IMG/VR virus record: IMGVR_UViG_3300045988_169015
Location: 64,001-128,000 of that record
Length of the DNA: 64,000 bases
Strand: one strand, 5' to 3'
DNA from: a virus
A program made the position numbers and the translations under genes. The notes beneath the pieces are model-generated. The model saw only the letters and a list, made by a program, of their open reading frames with translations. It was not told the origin of the DNA and searched no databases. Of the stretch, positions 24,681-33,441 are shown in pieces (position 1 is the stretch's first letter; the number at the start of each line of letters is the position of its first letter).

Positions 24681-26752
24681 TATGCAGTTACCTCCTCAGA
24701 GCTTTCGGGTTCTTCTGTTTCCTCATTTTCCATATGCTTGTCATAGCAAGCTTCGCAAAAACAATCGCTACCAAGCTCAAATATATTTTCACGGTGGAAA
24801 TATTCGTCGCAGTCATCACACTGTATGTAATATTCCTTAAGACAATTATCACAGACTTCGATCTCATCATCGTATCTGTCATAGACAGTTGTAGTTGGTT
24901 CGTCGTAATGCCACTCCCCACACTGATCGCAGCAACAGAAATCACCAATATAAAGACCGTTTTCACAAACGTTGCCATAATTTTCGACGTATGTGTAATT
25001 GCCTGTTTCATATTCCTGATGATATTCACAATAGAAACAGCAGTTATCACAATACCACTCGCCGTCTATGCAGTGCATATCATCACGATCGTTGTAACAA
25101 CCGCATTCATCACAATAAGCTGTTTCCTCATCGGGGTGACACTTGTGACAAAGAAGACCGTTATGAGAATTTTCACTGTCTTCAAATTCATCTTTACATT
25201 TTTCAGCTCCGCAGTTTATGCAATAGCTTGTACCGCCCACGACAATATACTTTGCAGAACGAATAACGTAATCAGAGTCACGGTTTTCAGTATCGCTGCC
25301 CTCTTCAACCTCGTTTTCGGAAACGGAAATTTCCTTTTTCAGATGTACAATGTAGTTAGGGAAATTATTCCAATCATCGTACATAAAAGTATCATCACGG
25401 TTACATACACTTGCTCTGTTGCGGTTCTCCCTGACCCAAAGATTCGGAGTTTCAAGACAGGTTGCAAAGATATCCTCAACAACAGTTCTGTACTGCTTAA
25501 CAAGGGCTTTTCCTTGTTCCGTGTCATCGTTACACTGCGGGTAAAGGCGTTCCTGTACGAGCACAGGATAACTCCAGAAGAAAATCTGGCGATTAATTTT
25601 AGGTTCAAAGCAATAATCTGTGCCGTGATAATCCTTATCGACAGTATAGAATATCATTGATTCGGAATCATTGGCGTAACTAAGTGTTCCGCCCATATAG
25701 CAGCCACCGTAATTATCGGGACCACCTGAGAGGATAGTATGGCAGGAACGCCACGAGTTGCCGTTTGACATCAGCAAAAAGTCGATGATGTTTGCAGAAA
25801 GAACTGTAATACGTTCTACGTCAAACGGATTCATGCTATCCGCAAGCTTTGCAAACTCACGGTTATAGTTTGGGGTTTTATCAAAACCGAATTTACAGAA
25901 CAACTTATTTGCAATTCGGCTTGTCTTTTGACCAACGTGTGCTCTGATATCGGGATAGATTCGATTTACGCAGTCGGCAACTTCTTTGGACATTGTATTC
26001 ATCGGCTCTTGAGAAAAGAGTGCTAAGAATACGGTGGCAAAAAGCCTTTTACTGTCAACATAGGAATCTGATATCCAACTCCAATTGCAAATATGCGATT
26101 TGTTTATCATTGTCTGCCAATCTATCTGAGACATTTCAGAAAAGCAAGTGTAAACATTGTCCCAAGGAGTTGTACCAGATTCAATGTGGTCGTATCCACA
26201 AAATTCTATAAGGTGACTAAATGCGGATTCTGAATCTGCCGATGATGGCATACGGTGCTCGGTCTGATGATAGACGACTGCTTTTGCCTCTTCGTTCCAG
26301 TTAGGGTGTTTACGAAGAAGTCTGAAAAGTGGAGCCTTCATGTTGAGCCACTCTTCGACATTCTTACGGATGCCATCTTTGGTAAACTTATTCGCACGGT
26401 CGATAAGTGCGCCATTGCGAGCAAATCTGTTGAACATATCATACACCTTGTTGGTGTAGTAATCGACAGAGAACTCGTTAAACTCTTTGGGCTCCGGTTC
26501 TGCAGTTTCCATCAGTCGTGCTGTTGCTTCGTGGTCGATCATACCGTCTGACCAATGCCAACGGCGTCCACTGTTGTCGTTTTCATCTTCGACCATATAA
26601 TAAGGGCAGGTGACACTTCCCGAATGCGTTGTGTAAATTGTCATTGTTGTGCCTGCATATTTGTACATTTCAGACACTGTGTATAATACATGCCTTAAAG
26701 TCTCTTCATTTGCAATTACGACCTTCTGACCAACTTCATATCTTGTACTCAT
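24680..26752 (-). CDS. hypothetical large protein, paralog of 23403..24680, with an extended multi-CxxC C-terminus
   Basis: 690 aa. Contains SNGNSWRSCH, GGTSYCINCGAEK, and then many CxxC pairs. Confidence 0.75.
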   Translation of the reverse strand: MSTRYEVGQKVVIANEETLRHVLYTVSEMYKYAGTTMTIYTTHSGSVTCPYYMVEDENDNSGRRWHWSDGMIDHEATARLMETAEPEPKEFNEFSVDYYTNKVYDMFNRFARNGALIDRANKFTKDGIRKNVEEWLNMKAPLFRLLRKHPNWNEEAKAVVYHQTEHRMPSSADSESAFSHLIEFCGYDHIESGTTPWDNVYTCFSEMSQIDWQTMINKSHICNWSWISDSYVDSKRLFATVFLALFSQEPMNTMSKEVADCVNRIYPDIRAHVGQKTSRIANKLFCKFGFDKTPNYNREFAKLADSMNPFDVERITVLSANIIDFLLMSNGNSWRSCHTILSGGPDNYGGCYMGGTLSYANDSESMIFYTVDKDYHGTDYCFEPKINRQIFFWSYPVLVQERLYPQCNDDTEQGKALVKQYRTVVEDIFATCLETPNLWVRENRNRASVCNRDDTFMYDDWNNFPNYIVHLKKEISVSENEVEEGSDTENRDSDYVIRSAKYIVVGGTSYCINCGAEKCKDEFEDSENSHNGLLCHKCHPDEETAYCDECGCYNDRDDMHCIDGEWYCDNCCFYCEYHQEYETGNYTYVENYGNVCENGLYIGDFCCCDQCGEWHYDEPTTTVYDRYDDEIEVCDNCLKEYYIQCDDCDEYFHRENIFELGSDCFCEACYDKHMENEETEEPESSEEVTA

Positions 26753-26804
26753 GATAATACCTCTTTCTGCCTTTCGGCGTTAAAATTTATTTGATAGTTC
26801 AAGC

Positions 26805-26839
26805 TATCAGAAAAGCCCACCAGACAGGCTGATGGGCTT
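26805..26839 (-). terminator. intrinsic terminator
   Basis: The minus strand reads AAGCCCATCAG-cctgt-CTGGTGGGCTT followed by TTTCT. Confidence 0.65.
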
Positions 26840-26862
26840 GAGCTCATAGTTTGAAGTTGTAA

Positions 26863-27093
26863 TTATCCCTCGATGACGACAAACTTGGCATTGTTGTGAC
26901 AAAGCATATAGTATCCGATATTGGGATCGTCGCACCCGTATTCTTTGAGCTGTCCATACTCACCTTCTGTATGAACATCGGTGAGCACGTTGTAAGCTAA
27001 CGCATCACATTCATAACAAGAATTATGAATGCCAACATAAGCATCAAGGTCACAGGTTTCGAGTTTTGCAATAAGTTCTTTTACGGTCATCAT
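26863..27093 (-). CDS. hypothetical protein
   Basis: 76-aa ORF with the SD AAAGGAGAG. Confidence 0.6.
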   Translation of the reverse strand: MMTVKELIAKLETCDLDAYVGIHNSCYECDALAYNVLTDVHTEGEYGQLKEYGCDDPNIGYYMLCHNNAKFVVIEG

Positions 27094-27130
27094 AATAATA
27101 TCTCTCCTTTTAAATATGTGTGTATGATTA

Positions 27131-27628
27131 TCAGAACCACTTGGGGCGGTTTTCGGTGAGCCATTTTATTTCGTCACCGAATTCCTCGATCGCGGCTTCG
27201 GCAAGTTCTTTAGTTACAAAATATACTTGTCCACAATCAATGCCAGTGATATAACCATACGCTTCAACTTTCTGAGTTACATTATTCCAAACAGGAGACC
27301 ATTTGGGTGTATGACAATCCCAATCAGCAGGTTTGGTATTATGCCCCGCTGCCCAACGCCTCATTTGGCGGGTAAGAGTGTCGCTGCGTTTACACCATTC
27401 GGCAAGTCGCCTATTGGTGTAGTAGTTTGCCACCGCATAATGACAATCGGAATTTACATCATCTTCGTCATAACCCAACCCTATGTCGCCCTCGGAGTCG
27501 ATATACAAATAACTATCGGCTCTTTCAAAGCCCGTGACTTTCTTAGGCGCAGTCAGCTCTTCCACCTGTTTATCTGAGATCTGAACCTCGATCTCTTTAC
27601 CGTCAATAATAAGTTTTGCAGTTTTCAT
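27131..27628 (-). CDS. hypothetical protein
   Basis: 165-aa ORF starting MKTAK (ATGAAAACTGCAAAAC). It is preceded by AGGAGG and a TAATTGCAA box. Confidence 0.65.
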   Translation of the reverse strand: MKTAKLIIDGKEIEVQISDKQVEELTAPKKVTGFERADSYLYIDSEGDIGLGYDEDDVNSDCHYAVANYYTNRRLAEWCKRSDTLTRQMRRWAAGHNTKPADWDCHTPKWSPVWNNVTQKVEAYGYITGIDCGQVYFVTKELAEAAIEEFGDEIKWLTENRPKWF

Positions 27629-27651
27629 ATGTGTTTACCTCCTATTTGATT

Positions 27652-27660
27652 TTGCAATTA
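27652..27660 (-). promoter_or_regulatory. TAAYTGCAA box
   Basis: The minus strand reads GCGTAATTGCAAAATCAAATAGGAGG. The TAA is the stop codon of the upstream gene. Confidence 0.45.
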
Positions 27661-28434
27661 CGCATTTACGCCTTCGCCCTGATTGTCGATCGCATCAAGG
27701 GGAACGTAATTATCGTGGGCGAATTTGACCAGTTTAAGAAATGCGTTAAAATCCATTCCGTACTTTTCCATGCCTCTGAGCTTGCCCTTGTTTATGCAAG
27801 TCAGCATCTGAGACTGGATCTCAGGAACGCACTTGCAAATATAAGCAAATTTAAACCGTTCCAGCATGGGAGAGAACAGCTTTTGTAATGCGGCTTCGTT
27901 CATCTGTTCAAACCGATTCTTCATATCATAGTATGCCTTGACGTTTGGGTCTTCGTTGATTGTTTTGTCGATGTGTATGAGCACATCTATTGGACTGACA
28001 TACTCGGTAGCAGGTTCGGGATTTGCGGTTACGGGGACAACGACGGCAGAAGTTTCGGGCTCCGACTTTGCCGATTTGCCGTTAAGATATTCCTTGAAAC
28101 CGTCAAGTGTCTCTCTGGAAAAACGATTAGGAAATTGTCCCCTGCCATGAATGTCGGGGACTATGAGTCCCCTCTTTATGTAATAGTTCAATGTGGGATA
28201 TGAAATTCCCAGATATTTAGCTGCTTCTGAACTGGTCAGCATATCGGAATTTCCGACTACACCTTCGACATAGCGAAGGATATCCTCTTTTGTCCACTTG
28301 CTACGATTCGCATTGCGAAATGCAAGGCGAATTGTAGAATGTGGTGCATCAATAATATGTGCGACCTGAGAAATGGTAAATTCGGTCTGTGCTGTTACCT
28401 CGAGAGCTGCTTTGATTTCTGCGATTGTTTTCAT
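27658..28434 (-). CDS. DNA-binding protein with two HTH-like segments (excisionase/MerR-like)
   Basis: FTISQVAHIIDAPHSTIRLAF and LTSSEAAKYLGISYPTLNYYIKRGLI. The ATG at 28434 is preceded by GAAAGGAAA. Confidence 0.65.
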   Translation of the reverse strand: MKTIAEIKAALEVTAQTEFTISQVAHIIDAPHSTIRLAFRNANRSKWTKEDILRYVEGVVGNSDMLTSSEAAKYLGISYPTLNYYIKRGLIVPDIHGRGQFPNRFSRETLDGFKEYLNGKSAKSEPETSAVVVPVTANPEPATEYVSPIDVLIHIDKTINEDPNVKAYYDMKNRFEQMNEAALQKLFSPMLERFKFAYICKCVPEIQSQMLTCINKGKLRGMEKYGMDFNAFLKLVKFAHDNYVPLDAIDNQGEGVNA

Positions 28435-28473
28435 AATATCATTTCCTTTCAAATATCTAATATGTTTAGGCGA

Positions 28474-28620
28474 TTACGCAAGTTCTCTTGCAAGGTCACG
28501 CTTGCAAAGAACTATCTCTGCCTTAACGGTTGAGATGTTATCTCTTATTAAGGCAGCCTCATATTTGCTGTTTGCAGATATGAGGTCGGAATTAAGGTCG
28601 GCGAGCTGTTTTGTTAGCAT
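28474..28620 (-). CDS. small coiled-coil protein (hand-found, 48 aa)
   Basis: ATG at 28620 (or TTG at 28650). The product is MLTKQLADLNSDLISANSKYEAALIRDN... Confidence 0.4.
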   Translation of the reverse strand: MLTKQLADLNSDLISANSKYEAALIRDNISTVKAEIVLCKRDLARELA

Positions 28621-28642
28621 CGCCAATTCCTGCTTGTAGTAT

Positions 28643-28906
28643 TCAGCCAATGTACTTCACCGCCCTTTTTAATATGTGTTCGCAACCGTATTTTACAGTT
28701 GTAAAAATGACTGTCTTGATAATAAACAGCCAGTCATATACACATCTTGCGATTATCCCGCAGAACAGTGCGGGGAAAATTACTATTCCTGTCATATCCT
28801 GCTCCCATGGAGAAATCAGGGAAACAAGAATTATTGTTGCTACGATAATGGCAACGGAGAGTACATGCCACTCGGTGGGAGCGTATTTGTGTTTTGCAGT
28901 TTTCAT
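28643..28906 (-). CDS. small membrane protein (2-3 TM)
   Basis: 87 aa, starting MKTAK. The upstream sequence is TAACTGCAAAATACATATGAAAGGAG. Confidence 0.65.
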   Translation of the reverse strand: MKTAKHKYAPTEWHVLSVAIIVATIILVSLISPWEQDMTGIVIFPALFCGIIARCVYDWLFIIKTVIFTTVKYGCEHILKRAVKYIG

Positions 28907-28931
28907 TCAGAAAACTCCTTTCATATGTATT

Positions 28932-28940
28932 TTGCAGTTA
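28932..28940 (-). promoter_or_regulatory. TAAYTGCAA box at the head of the leftward block
   Basis: The minus strand reads CAGGTAACTGCAAAATAC, with the box starting 34 nt upstream of the first ATG of the block. Confidence 0.5.
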
Positions 28941-30158
28941 CCTGCTGGGGCGGAGTGATTGGTAGAGCAGCACCCCGCTAAGCTGCTTGTGGTGTTAGGG
29001 CATTGGTATCACGTCCTTTCGTTGATTTCGGGTTTTGTTCAGGCAGTTCCCGAAACTGCTCTTGTGATTACTGACATAACTACCTCCAAAGTCCACCACG
29101 GACTTTTACTTTTTAATTTAAGCCCCTGACTATCGACCAACCCAGTTCAGATTTGCCGTGTGGGATTATCGGTTCGCATTTACCAAGTGCGAATCGTACA
29201 TCCTACGTACAGAGCTGTCGGATGTCAGGTTCGTGCCGCCTATTTCCGGTCGCTGGCACTTGGACCATTAGTAGTGCATTGGAAACACCTACTTTCTAAT
29301 ATTGCTTGGCAATTAGACGATGAGTGTCAGAGGACACTCAAAATTGCGCAGCTTGAACTCGTTCCAGTCTGCAGAATAGGTATGACCTGCGAACTTGATA
29401 AATGCTATGGACGAATCCATAGCGTCTCTGCGAAGGGTTATGTCACTCCGTGAGTGACAGCCCAGTGCAAAGAGGTTAAGTGTGAGATTGGGCATAGTAG
29501 TTTCCTTTCTGCTCGGTTTAATGACATGAGCTGGTCGATAAGTTGTGCTCCGCCGCCCTCGTGCAGACTTTGGAGTGTATTAAGGGTGTGCAAGAATAGC
29601 TCTTCGCATTTTACGGGCAAGGCATTTGCTAAACGTGTGCTCACGTACCAGTGCCCAACTTGCTGCCTGCTCACACATTGCTGTGTGGTAACACCCTTAT
29701 TGTTTGTGCGGATTTCCGCAAAAAAATGAGCGGTTTAATGACGTGCTCAGGTCAAAAGTGATACTATTCGCTAAGGTGGAATTCCATATAAAGAACCAAT
29801 GTGTAAGCATGGTGGGTCATAGCGCATACTACTATATGCCAGCAACAACCAGTTGCTCAAGAAATACATAAGACTAACCACTATAGTCTTACACATACTT
29901 GTGGAGTAATACTTGTCCGTGTTCTCTATACGGGCGTATGAATTTATTTTCAACTTTTTTACCCCTCATGAGCGATAAAATTACCCCCTGTCGGCGCTCA
30001 TCTCCGCAGAGGGTTAGTGGGTTGGAGCCATTTGTTTTAGGTCGTTGACCCCAACAGGACGACCTGTGCCCGGTATTGGGCATGGCGTGGCATAGGATTA
30101 CCTCACTTACTGAGCTTTTGCGCCTGTACTGCCTTAATCTGCTCGGGAGTAAGCAGAT

Positions 30159-30764
30159 TCATAATAAACGTAACCATGGTTTCGTTCTGCTCATTCTTAG
30201 CCTTTCAGCCTCGTATGCCTCCTTGTTCTTACGCATCTGCTCTGCAAGATCGTCCATTTCGGACTTGCTTGTCTTACGGGAAGACTTAGGGTCACACCAT
30301 GTTCCGTCGTTGAGAACATGATTAGTAAGGTAGAGAGCATATTTGATAAATGTAGACTTGGTAGTGTAACCGCCAAGGACACTTTTTTCCTTGGTGTCTT
30401 TATCGGTCTTAGTCTGTCTCTTAGGGGCAAAGAGAGCCGTGAGCATAGCTATATTTCCTATGCCGCAACCGAGACCAACCGCTTTAAGATATGAGCGGGC
30501 AAAGTCGTGAGCTTTGTTGACCGATTTATCTCTCTGGTTGTCAGTCCGTGATGTGGCGGCGGTTTCAAGATACTCAAAGACCTTGACAAGGTTGCCGAGA
30601 GCAGACTTGGCGGACTCGTCCTCGATGTCGGACAGCTTGGGGGCGTGTGCAAAGCTGTCAGCAAGAGCTGTTGTTGTCATGACAATATACTTGCCGTCAC
30701 TGGACTTCTTCTTGTAGGTTACGGGCGCATTGATGATAGCGCTGAATGTAGAGTTAATAGTCAT
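30159..30764 (-). CDS. hypothetical protein
   Basis: The ORF track gives 30159..30788. GGAGG lies 5 nt upstream of the ATG at 30764. Confidence 0.65.
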   Translation of the reverse strand: MTINSTFSAIINAPVTYKKKSSDGKYIVMTTTALADSFAHAPKLSDIEDESAKSALGNLVKVFEYLETAATSRTDNQRDKSVNKAHDFARSYLKAVGLGCGIGNIAMLTALFAPKRQTKTDKDTKEKSVLGGYTTKSTFIKYALYLTNHVLNDGTWCDPKSSRKTSKSEMDDLAEQMRKNKEAYEAERLRMSRTKPWLRLL

Positions 30765-30916
30765 AAAGACCTCCATTTTTAAAGTCACGTGGACTATATA
30801 TTTGAGTGTTTAGCACTCTATAGAGCGCACAAAGTCCGCACGGTTATCCCTATGCAAAGCGGCGGAAATGTTGGCGGTATGCGCTCGAACAATGCTAAAA
30901 TGCCCCATTATTTCAC

Positions 30917-30945
30917 TTGACAAAATGGGACAGTTGTGTTATAAT
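30917..30945 (+). promoter_or_regulatory. consensus sigma70-type promoter
   Basis: TTGACA (30917-30922), 17-nt spacer ending in TGT, TATAAT (30940-30945). Confidence 0.7.
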
Positions 30946-31077
30946 TTAATCGTCATCTATGATGTCGAACAGCTCGTCATCTGAAACGGCGGTATATACA
31001 ACCCCGTTTATAATCCGGGTGTATGAGTAGCCGTCGTCGCAGATTCCGAGCTCCGGGTCGTCTGAAAAGTCTGTCAT
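30946..31077 (-). CDS. small acidic protein (hand-found, 43 aa)
   Basis: The ATG at 31077 is preceded by GGAGGGAGGTGA. The product is MTDFSDDPELGICDDGYSYTRIINGVVYTAVSDDELFDIIDDD. Confidence 0.45.
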   Translation of the reverse strand: MTDFSDDPELGICDDGYSYTRIINGVVYTAVSDDELFDIIDDD

Positions 31078-31105
31078 AGTTGTCACCTCCCTCCGGAGGG
31101 AATTT

Positions 31106-31138
31106 CCGCCACGTATTGCCAGTACGGGCGGATTTTTC
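31106..31138 (+). terminator. intrinsic terminator
   Basis: CCGCCACGTA-ttgccag-TACGGGCGG (one bulge) followed by ATTTTTCT. Confidence 0.6.
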
Positions 31139-31511
31139 TATGTATAACTATGTGTCACACCCCAAAGACATAGAGACTTTGGGCATAGTTTTTGTGTACT
31201 TGTTATTTTCACCCTTTATGTATAGACATATGCAACGTTGCCAAACGATTGATAATATTCTACACGCTTATTCAGCTCTCCCGCTTTTAGCCGTGTATAA
31301 GCCCTATCAAAAGCGCCGTGCGCCCATTTTATCGGTGTTTTATAGACTTTACATATGCGTACAGTCAAGCCCCATTGGCAAGCCGTGCGTAAAGTCATTC
31401 AGTACGTATTCAGTTTTCAAGGTACACCCACAAAGTGGGGATTTTTACCCACCGACAAGCGGTGCTTTTTGGATATTCAAGGTGTTTTCTGTCTCTGTCG
31501 TTTCTGTTCCC

Positions 31512-31540
31512 TTGACTGTAGCTATAATATATCTCATAAT
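31512..31540 (+). promoter_or_regulatory. sigma70-type promoter
   Basis: TTGACT, 17-nt spacer, CATAAT. It is immediately followed by the ATCCAATATGT motif. Confidence 0.55.
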
Positions 31541-31948
31541 ATCCAATATGTCAATAGACAACTGCAAAATCCCCGTTTTTGGCTTGCCTACGTTGTCCCA
31601 CTACTCGAAAAAGAGGGACAACGGGGTGTATTTTACAAGAAATTTTCGGTTAAAAATTCACTTTTCCTCGTAGTCACTTTTTGTTCATCACCCCTCACAA
31701 ACCGCCCCATCAAACCGCTCCGCACAGCCCCGACTCCACTCAAAAATCCCACCCAATCGCACTCAACCAGCTCCGATCCGCAAATCTCATTTTGTCCCTC
31801 TTTTTACGCCCAACAGCTCACACCTCTTTTCGTTACAATCCACAAACTCTCCCCACATTCCTTGTCACATTCTACAAAAAATTCACACTCAAAAAACTTC
31901 GTCACATTGCACAAAACGCAAAAAATCCCTTGCAATATCCAAAAATGC

Positions 31949-31977
31949 TTGACAAATCCAGTAAAAAAGCCTATAAT
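31949..31977 (+). promoter_or_regulatory. consensus sigma70-type promoter upstream of the recombinase
   Basis: TTGACA (31949-31954), 17-nt spacer, TATAAT (31972-31977). Confidence 0.7.
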
Positions 31978-32013
31978 TAGAGTATTAAAACACATTAGAA
32001 AGGGTTGACCAAT

Positions 32014-32814
32014 ATGTACGCAATAGCCAATTCGCCCGTAGTTTCTCTCGCCAATGTTATCAACATAGATCGTCGTCCGAAACCTGTCCCCTCTAATTAC
32101 ACGGCCCGAGGAAAGCGCAAAGCAACACCGGGAGACCCATTCCGAGAGCTCTCAGACATTCAGCTTTTCAAGAACTACTTTCACGAGCACTCCCTCCGTA
32201 ACTATGCACTCTTTGTCCTTGGCATTTCAATCGGTATAAGAGGCAAAGACTTACTCCGCCTGCAAGTTCGTGATGTAGTAACCAACGACGGGTTCGTTGC
32301 TGATGAGATATCAACTTTCGAATCTAAGACACACAAGATGAACCACCCAATCATCAATGCCGAAGCCAAGGCAGCAATAGCTGAATATTTGAGCAGTCTT
32401 TCCGTAGTTCACCCCGATGACTATCTCTTCAGAGCCTCGTCTGACGAAAACAAGCCTCTTGAAACTAATTCTCTTCGTCGTCTTCTGGTCAGAGCAAAGG
32501 AAGCGCTTGCTCCTCAGCTCTCATGTAACTTCAGTCTCAACGTTCGTTCACTTCGCAAGACGTTCGCATATTGGATAATTGTTCAGCATTATGATGATCC
32601 CCACGTAATGGCTTCACTGCAGGAAATGCTCAACCACGACTCAATGCTCACAACGCTCCATTATTCCGGACACACTCGTGATCATCTGTCCGTCATGTAC
32701 CAAGACATGGGAAACGTTGTTGCTGGCACGGCAACCAGAGCTCTCCCTCAAACAGAAAGTGTCGAAGCAATGCTCGAAAAGCTGCTTGATGCCCTTAAGC
32801 TCGATGCTGAGTAA
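32014..32814 (+). CDS. tyrosine recombinase/integrase (short, XerC/D-like)
   Basis: GIRGKDLLRLQVRDV (Arg box), SLRKTFAYW and LNHDSMLTTLHYSGH (His...Tyr box). The ATG at 32014 follows AAAGGG. Confidence 0.8.
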   Translation: MYAIANSPVVSLANVINIDRRPKPVPSNYTARGKRKATPGDPFRELSDIQLFKNYFHEHSLRNYALFVLGISIGIRGKDLLRLQVRDVVTNDGFVADEISTFESKTHKMNHPIINAEAKAAIAEYLSSLSVVHPDDYLFRASSDENKPLETNSLRRLLVRAKEALAPQLSCNFSLNVRSLRKTFAYWIIVQHYDDPHVMASLQEMLNHDSMLTTLHYSGHTRDHLSVMYQDMGNVVAGTATRALPQTESVEAMLEKLLDALKLDAE

Positions 32815-32908
32815 CCCCGGGGGTACGATTAACACGAAGCACAACGTCACACACTCCGTATTGGTGGGGCTTAAAGCCCCTGCTATGCAATATTAGAAAG
32901 GATTAGCA

Positions 32909-33226
32909 ATGACATACACTATATTCCAATGCCCAGTAACGATCCCCTATTGTTTCATGCCTTATGATGAAACCGAATTCTCGCCTGCTGATTATATTCC
33001 GGTTTACGAAGGAGAGATCTCAGGCGATGTCAACAGTCGAACGCTTGAAGCGCTCTACGAGGCTCTCAATATACACCATCCGAATGATTATCACGCCCGT
33101 TCTCTCTCGGTAAGCGATGTTATTGTGTTTGATATTGCCGGTAATCGCAAGGCATATTATGTTGAACCTATTGGCTTCAAAGAAATTAATTTCCCTACTG
33201 CCATTTCCTATCAGAAGCGTCACTAA
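32909..33226 (+). CDS. YodL-like protein
   Basis: Pattern Y.PVYEGE....TLEALYEALN...P.DY.ARSLSVSDVIVF. Confidence 0.5.
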   Translation: MTYTIFQCPVTIPYCFMPYDETEFSPADYIPVYEGEISGDVNSRTLEALYEALNIHHPNDYHARSLSVSDVIVFDIAGNRKAYYVEPIGFKEINFPTAISYQKRH

Positions 33227-33255
33227 CTATACTATATATAAAGGAGTAATTAACC

Positions 33256-33441
33256 ATGAACAAAATAGCCATCACTCTCACGTCCGCAGAAATCGAAACT
33301 CTCATCTATGGCTGTATGGCAGCCACTTCCTACTACTGTCACGAAGAAAACGAAGCTCTCCCATATCGGGAGCTTATACGTAAACTCGAAGCCTTACAGC
33401 AATCTACATCACACTATTCAAAAGGAGATAGAAAAATATGA
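33256..33441 (+). CDS. hypothetical protein
   Basis: 61-aa ORF with the SD AAAGGAG. Confidence 0.55.
   Translation: MNKIAITLTSAEIETLIYGCMAATSYYCHEENEALPYRELIRKLEALQQSTSHYSKGDRKI

Noticed and set aside
24659-25660. 333-aa plus-strand ORF
   Set aside because: It is antisense to the well-supported 690-aa minus-strand gene. The product is a low-complexity hydrophobic sequence, there is no SD, and the ORF breaks the uniform strand polarity of the block.
28452-28476. Minus-strand CTAAACATATTAGAT resembling the array mini-hairpin
   Set aside because: It is a single copy in the opposite orientation with an imperfect 3' half (TTAG instead of TTTAG), and there is no flanking P1 or P3 helix.
28950-28995. 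tRNA-like fragment (GATTGGTAGAGCAGCACCCCGCTAAGC)
   Set aside because: Only a D-loop-like string is present. No complementary D stem, T arm or acceptor is present. At most it is an att-core remnant.
31080-32008. 197-aa and 217-aa plus-strand ORFs
   Set aside because: They overlap each other. Their composition is driven by the C/A-rich DNA (Pro/His/Thr/Ser-rich strings), they have no SD, and consensus promoters and a terminator lie inside them.
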